From the NCBI GenBank assembly GCA_964615365.1, contig CAZTOU010000016.1, forward strand, positions 28,277 through 92,276: DNA of 64,000 bases, in the 5' to 3' direction. A model generated the notes under the pieces. It was not told the DNA's origin. It did no database searches and saw nothing but the letters and a program-made list of their open reading frames with translations. The stretch is from an uncultured Spirochaetales bacterium (lineage in GTDB: Bacteria; Myxococcota_A; UBA9160; UBA6930). Both the position numbers and the translations under genes were made by a program. Shown here one piece after another: positions 63,202 to 64,000 of the stretch; position 1 is the first letter of the stretch, and each line of letters starts with the position of its first letter.

Positions 63202-64000
63202 ATGTCGGATCTCCCGCGTGCTCGCCGAGACGCAGCTCGGTCCGCTCTTCGCCGATCTCTGGCGATCTCTCTCCTCGCCATCTCCGCACTCGCCTGCGGT
63301 GATGCGCCTCGGCCCCCGCCCGATCTGGTCCTCGTGACCTGGGATACGGTTCGCGCGGATCACGTCGGGGCCCTCGCCGGCGAGCGCCGGAAGCCGAGCC
63401 ACACGCCGACATTCGATCGCCTGGCCGGAGAAGGAGTGCTCTTTCTCGAGGCGCGGACACCGGTGCCCATCACACTGCCCGCCCACGCCTCGATGCTCAC
63501 CGGCCTCTTCCCCGCGCGGCACGGAGCGCGGAACAACGGCGTGTTTCGGGTTCGCCCGGGACTACCGAGCCTCGCCGTCCAGCTCGAGAAATCCGGTTAT
63601 CGAACCGCGGCGTTCGTATCGTCCGCCGTTCTCGATCAGCGCTACGGGCTCTCGGAGGGCTTCGACGTCTATGACGACGAGATGTCCAGCCCGGGGCCAG
63701 GAGGGGCGATCAACCAGCGCATCGGCGGCGAAACCGTGGACGCCGCCGTGGCCTGGCTCCAAACCGCTCCTATCGAGGAGCCCGTCTTCCTCTGGGTCCA
63801 TCTCTTCGATCCGCATCGCAGCTGGATGGCGCCGGCTCCCTTCGCCGAGAGGTTCGACCCCTACCGAGCGGAGATCGCCTTCTCCGACTTCCAGACCGGG
63901 CGACTGCTGGACGCCCTCGAGGAGCGGGACCGCCTCGATGAGACGCTCGTGGTGATCGCGAGCGATCACGGTGAGGGTCTCGGGGAGCACGGCGAAGGCA
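63202..64000 (+). CDS. Sulfatase-like (alkaline-phosphatase superfamily) lipoprotein, 3'-truncated by the window edge
   Basis: ATG 63202. Lipobox 'AISALAC'. 'LVTWDTVRADH', 'TLPAHASMLTG' at the CxPxR signature position, and 'SDHGEGLGEHGEG'. The ORF is open to the end of the window and absent from the track. Confidence 0.75.
   Translation, partial: MSDLPRARRDAARSALRRSLAISLLAISALACGDAPRPPPDLVLVTWDTVRADHVGALAGERRKPSHTPTFDRLAGEGVLFLEARTPVPITLPAHASMLTGLFPARHGARNNGVFRVRPGLPSLAVQLEKSGYRTAAFVSSAVLDQRYGLSEGFDVYDDEMSSPGPGGAINQRIGGETVDAAVAWLQTAPIEEPVFLWVHLFDPHRSWMAPAPFAERFDPYRAEIAFSDFQTGRLLDALEERDRLDETLVVIASDHGEGLGEHGEG

Overview
This is a very GC-rich bacterial chromosomal segment with strong third-codon-position GC bias. 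I call about 65 protein-coding genes on both strands. I recognised no rRNA, tRNA, CRISPR array, transposase or integrase.

Content:
- Housekeeping genes: gshB, PBP1A, nth, pyrE, pyrF, tgt, rnhA, msrB and a clpP-like gene.
- Envelope genes: two rhomboid proteases, an MlaFED-like transporter with a TPR lipoprotein, a fused GH/GT2 glycan synthase with an ABC exporter, an ExeA/GspB-like pair, a DsbA-like protein and an AMIN-domain protein.
- A tandem pair of Get3/ArsA-like ATPases.
- A large acyl-CoA catabolic block with a TetR regulator and a matching operator-like palindrome at two promoters: 5 acyl-CoA dehydrogenases, 2 acyl-CoA ligases, and 2 thiolase-like plus 2 DUF35 proteins.

Annotation notes: many adjacent genes overlap by ATGA or GTGA. 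I used these overlaps, Shine-Dalgarno motifs and homology to place starts inside over-long ORFs. Most of the longest ORFs in the supplied track are antisense shadow ORFs typical of high-GC DNA.

Most unusual locus (35.8-41.6 kb, minus strand): an Lgt-family transferase, a CPBP intramembrane protease, a 1148-aa RHS/YD-repeat protein and a rhomboid protease form a translationally coupled unit. The RHS C-terminal tip is a hydrophobic, Ser-rich, Cys-containing tail ending in a TM helix and an Arg cluster, not a recognisable toxin domain.

A related C-terminal tail (GCGL..EL-hydrophobic-W-RRR) recurs on an LVIVD/TSP3-like secreted protein and on a decayed gene relic. This suggests a lineage-specific C-terminal sorting or processing system.

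The gene content (ExeA, AMIN, LVIVD, Cys-containing C-terminal tails, LLM oxidoreductases) is compatible with a Myxococcota-like or related high-GC Gram-negative lineage. That taxon guess is inference only.
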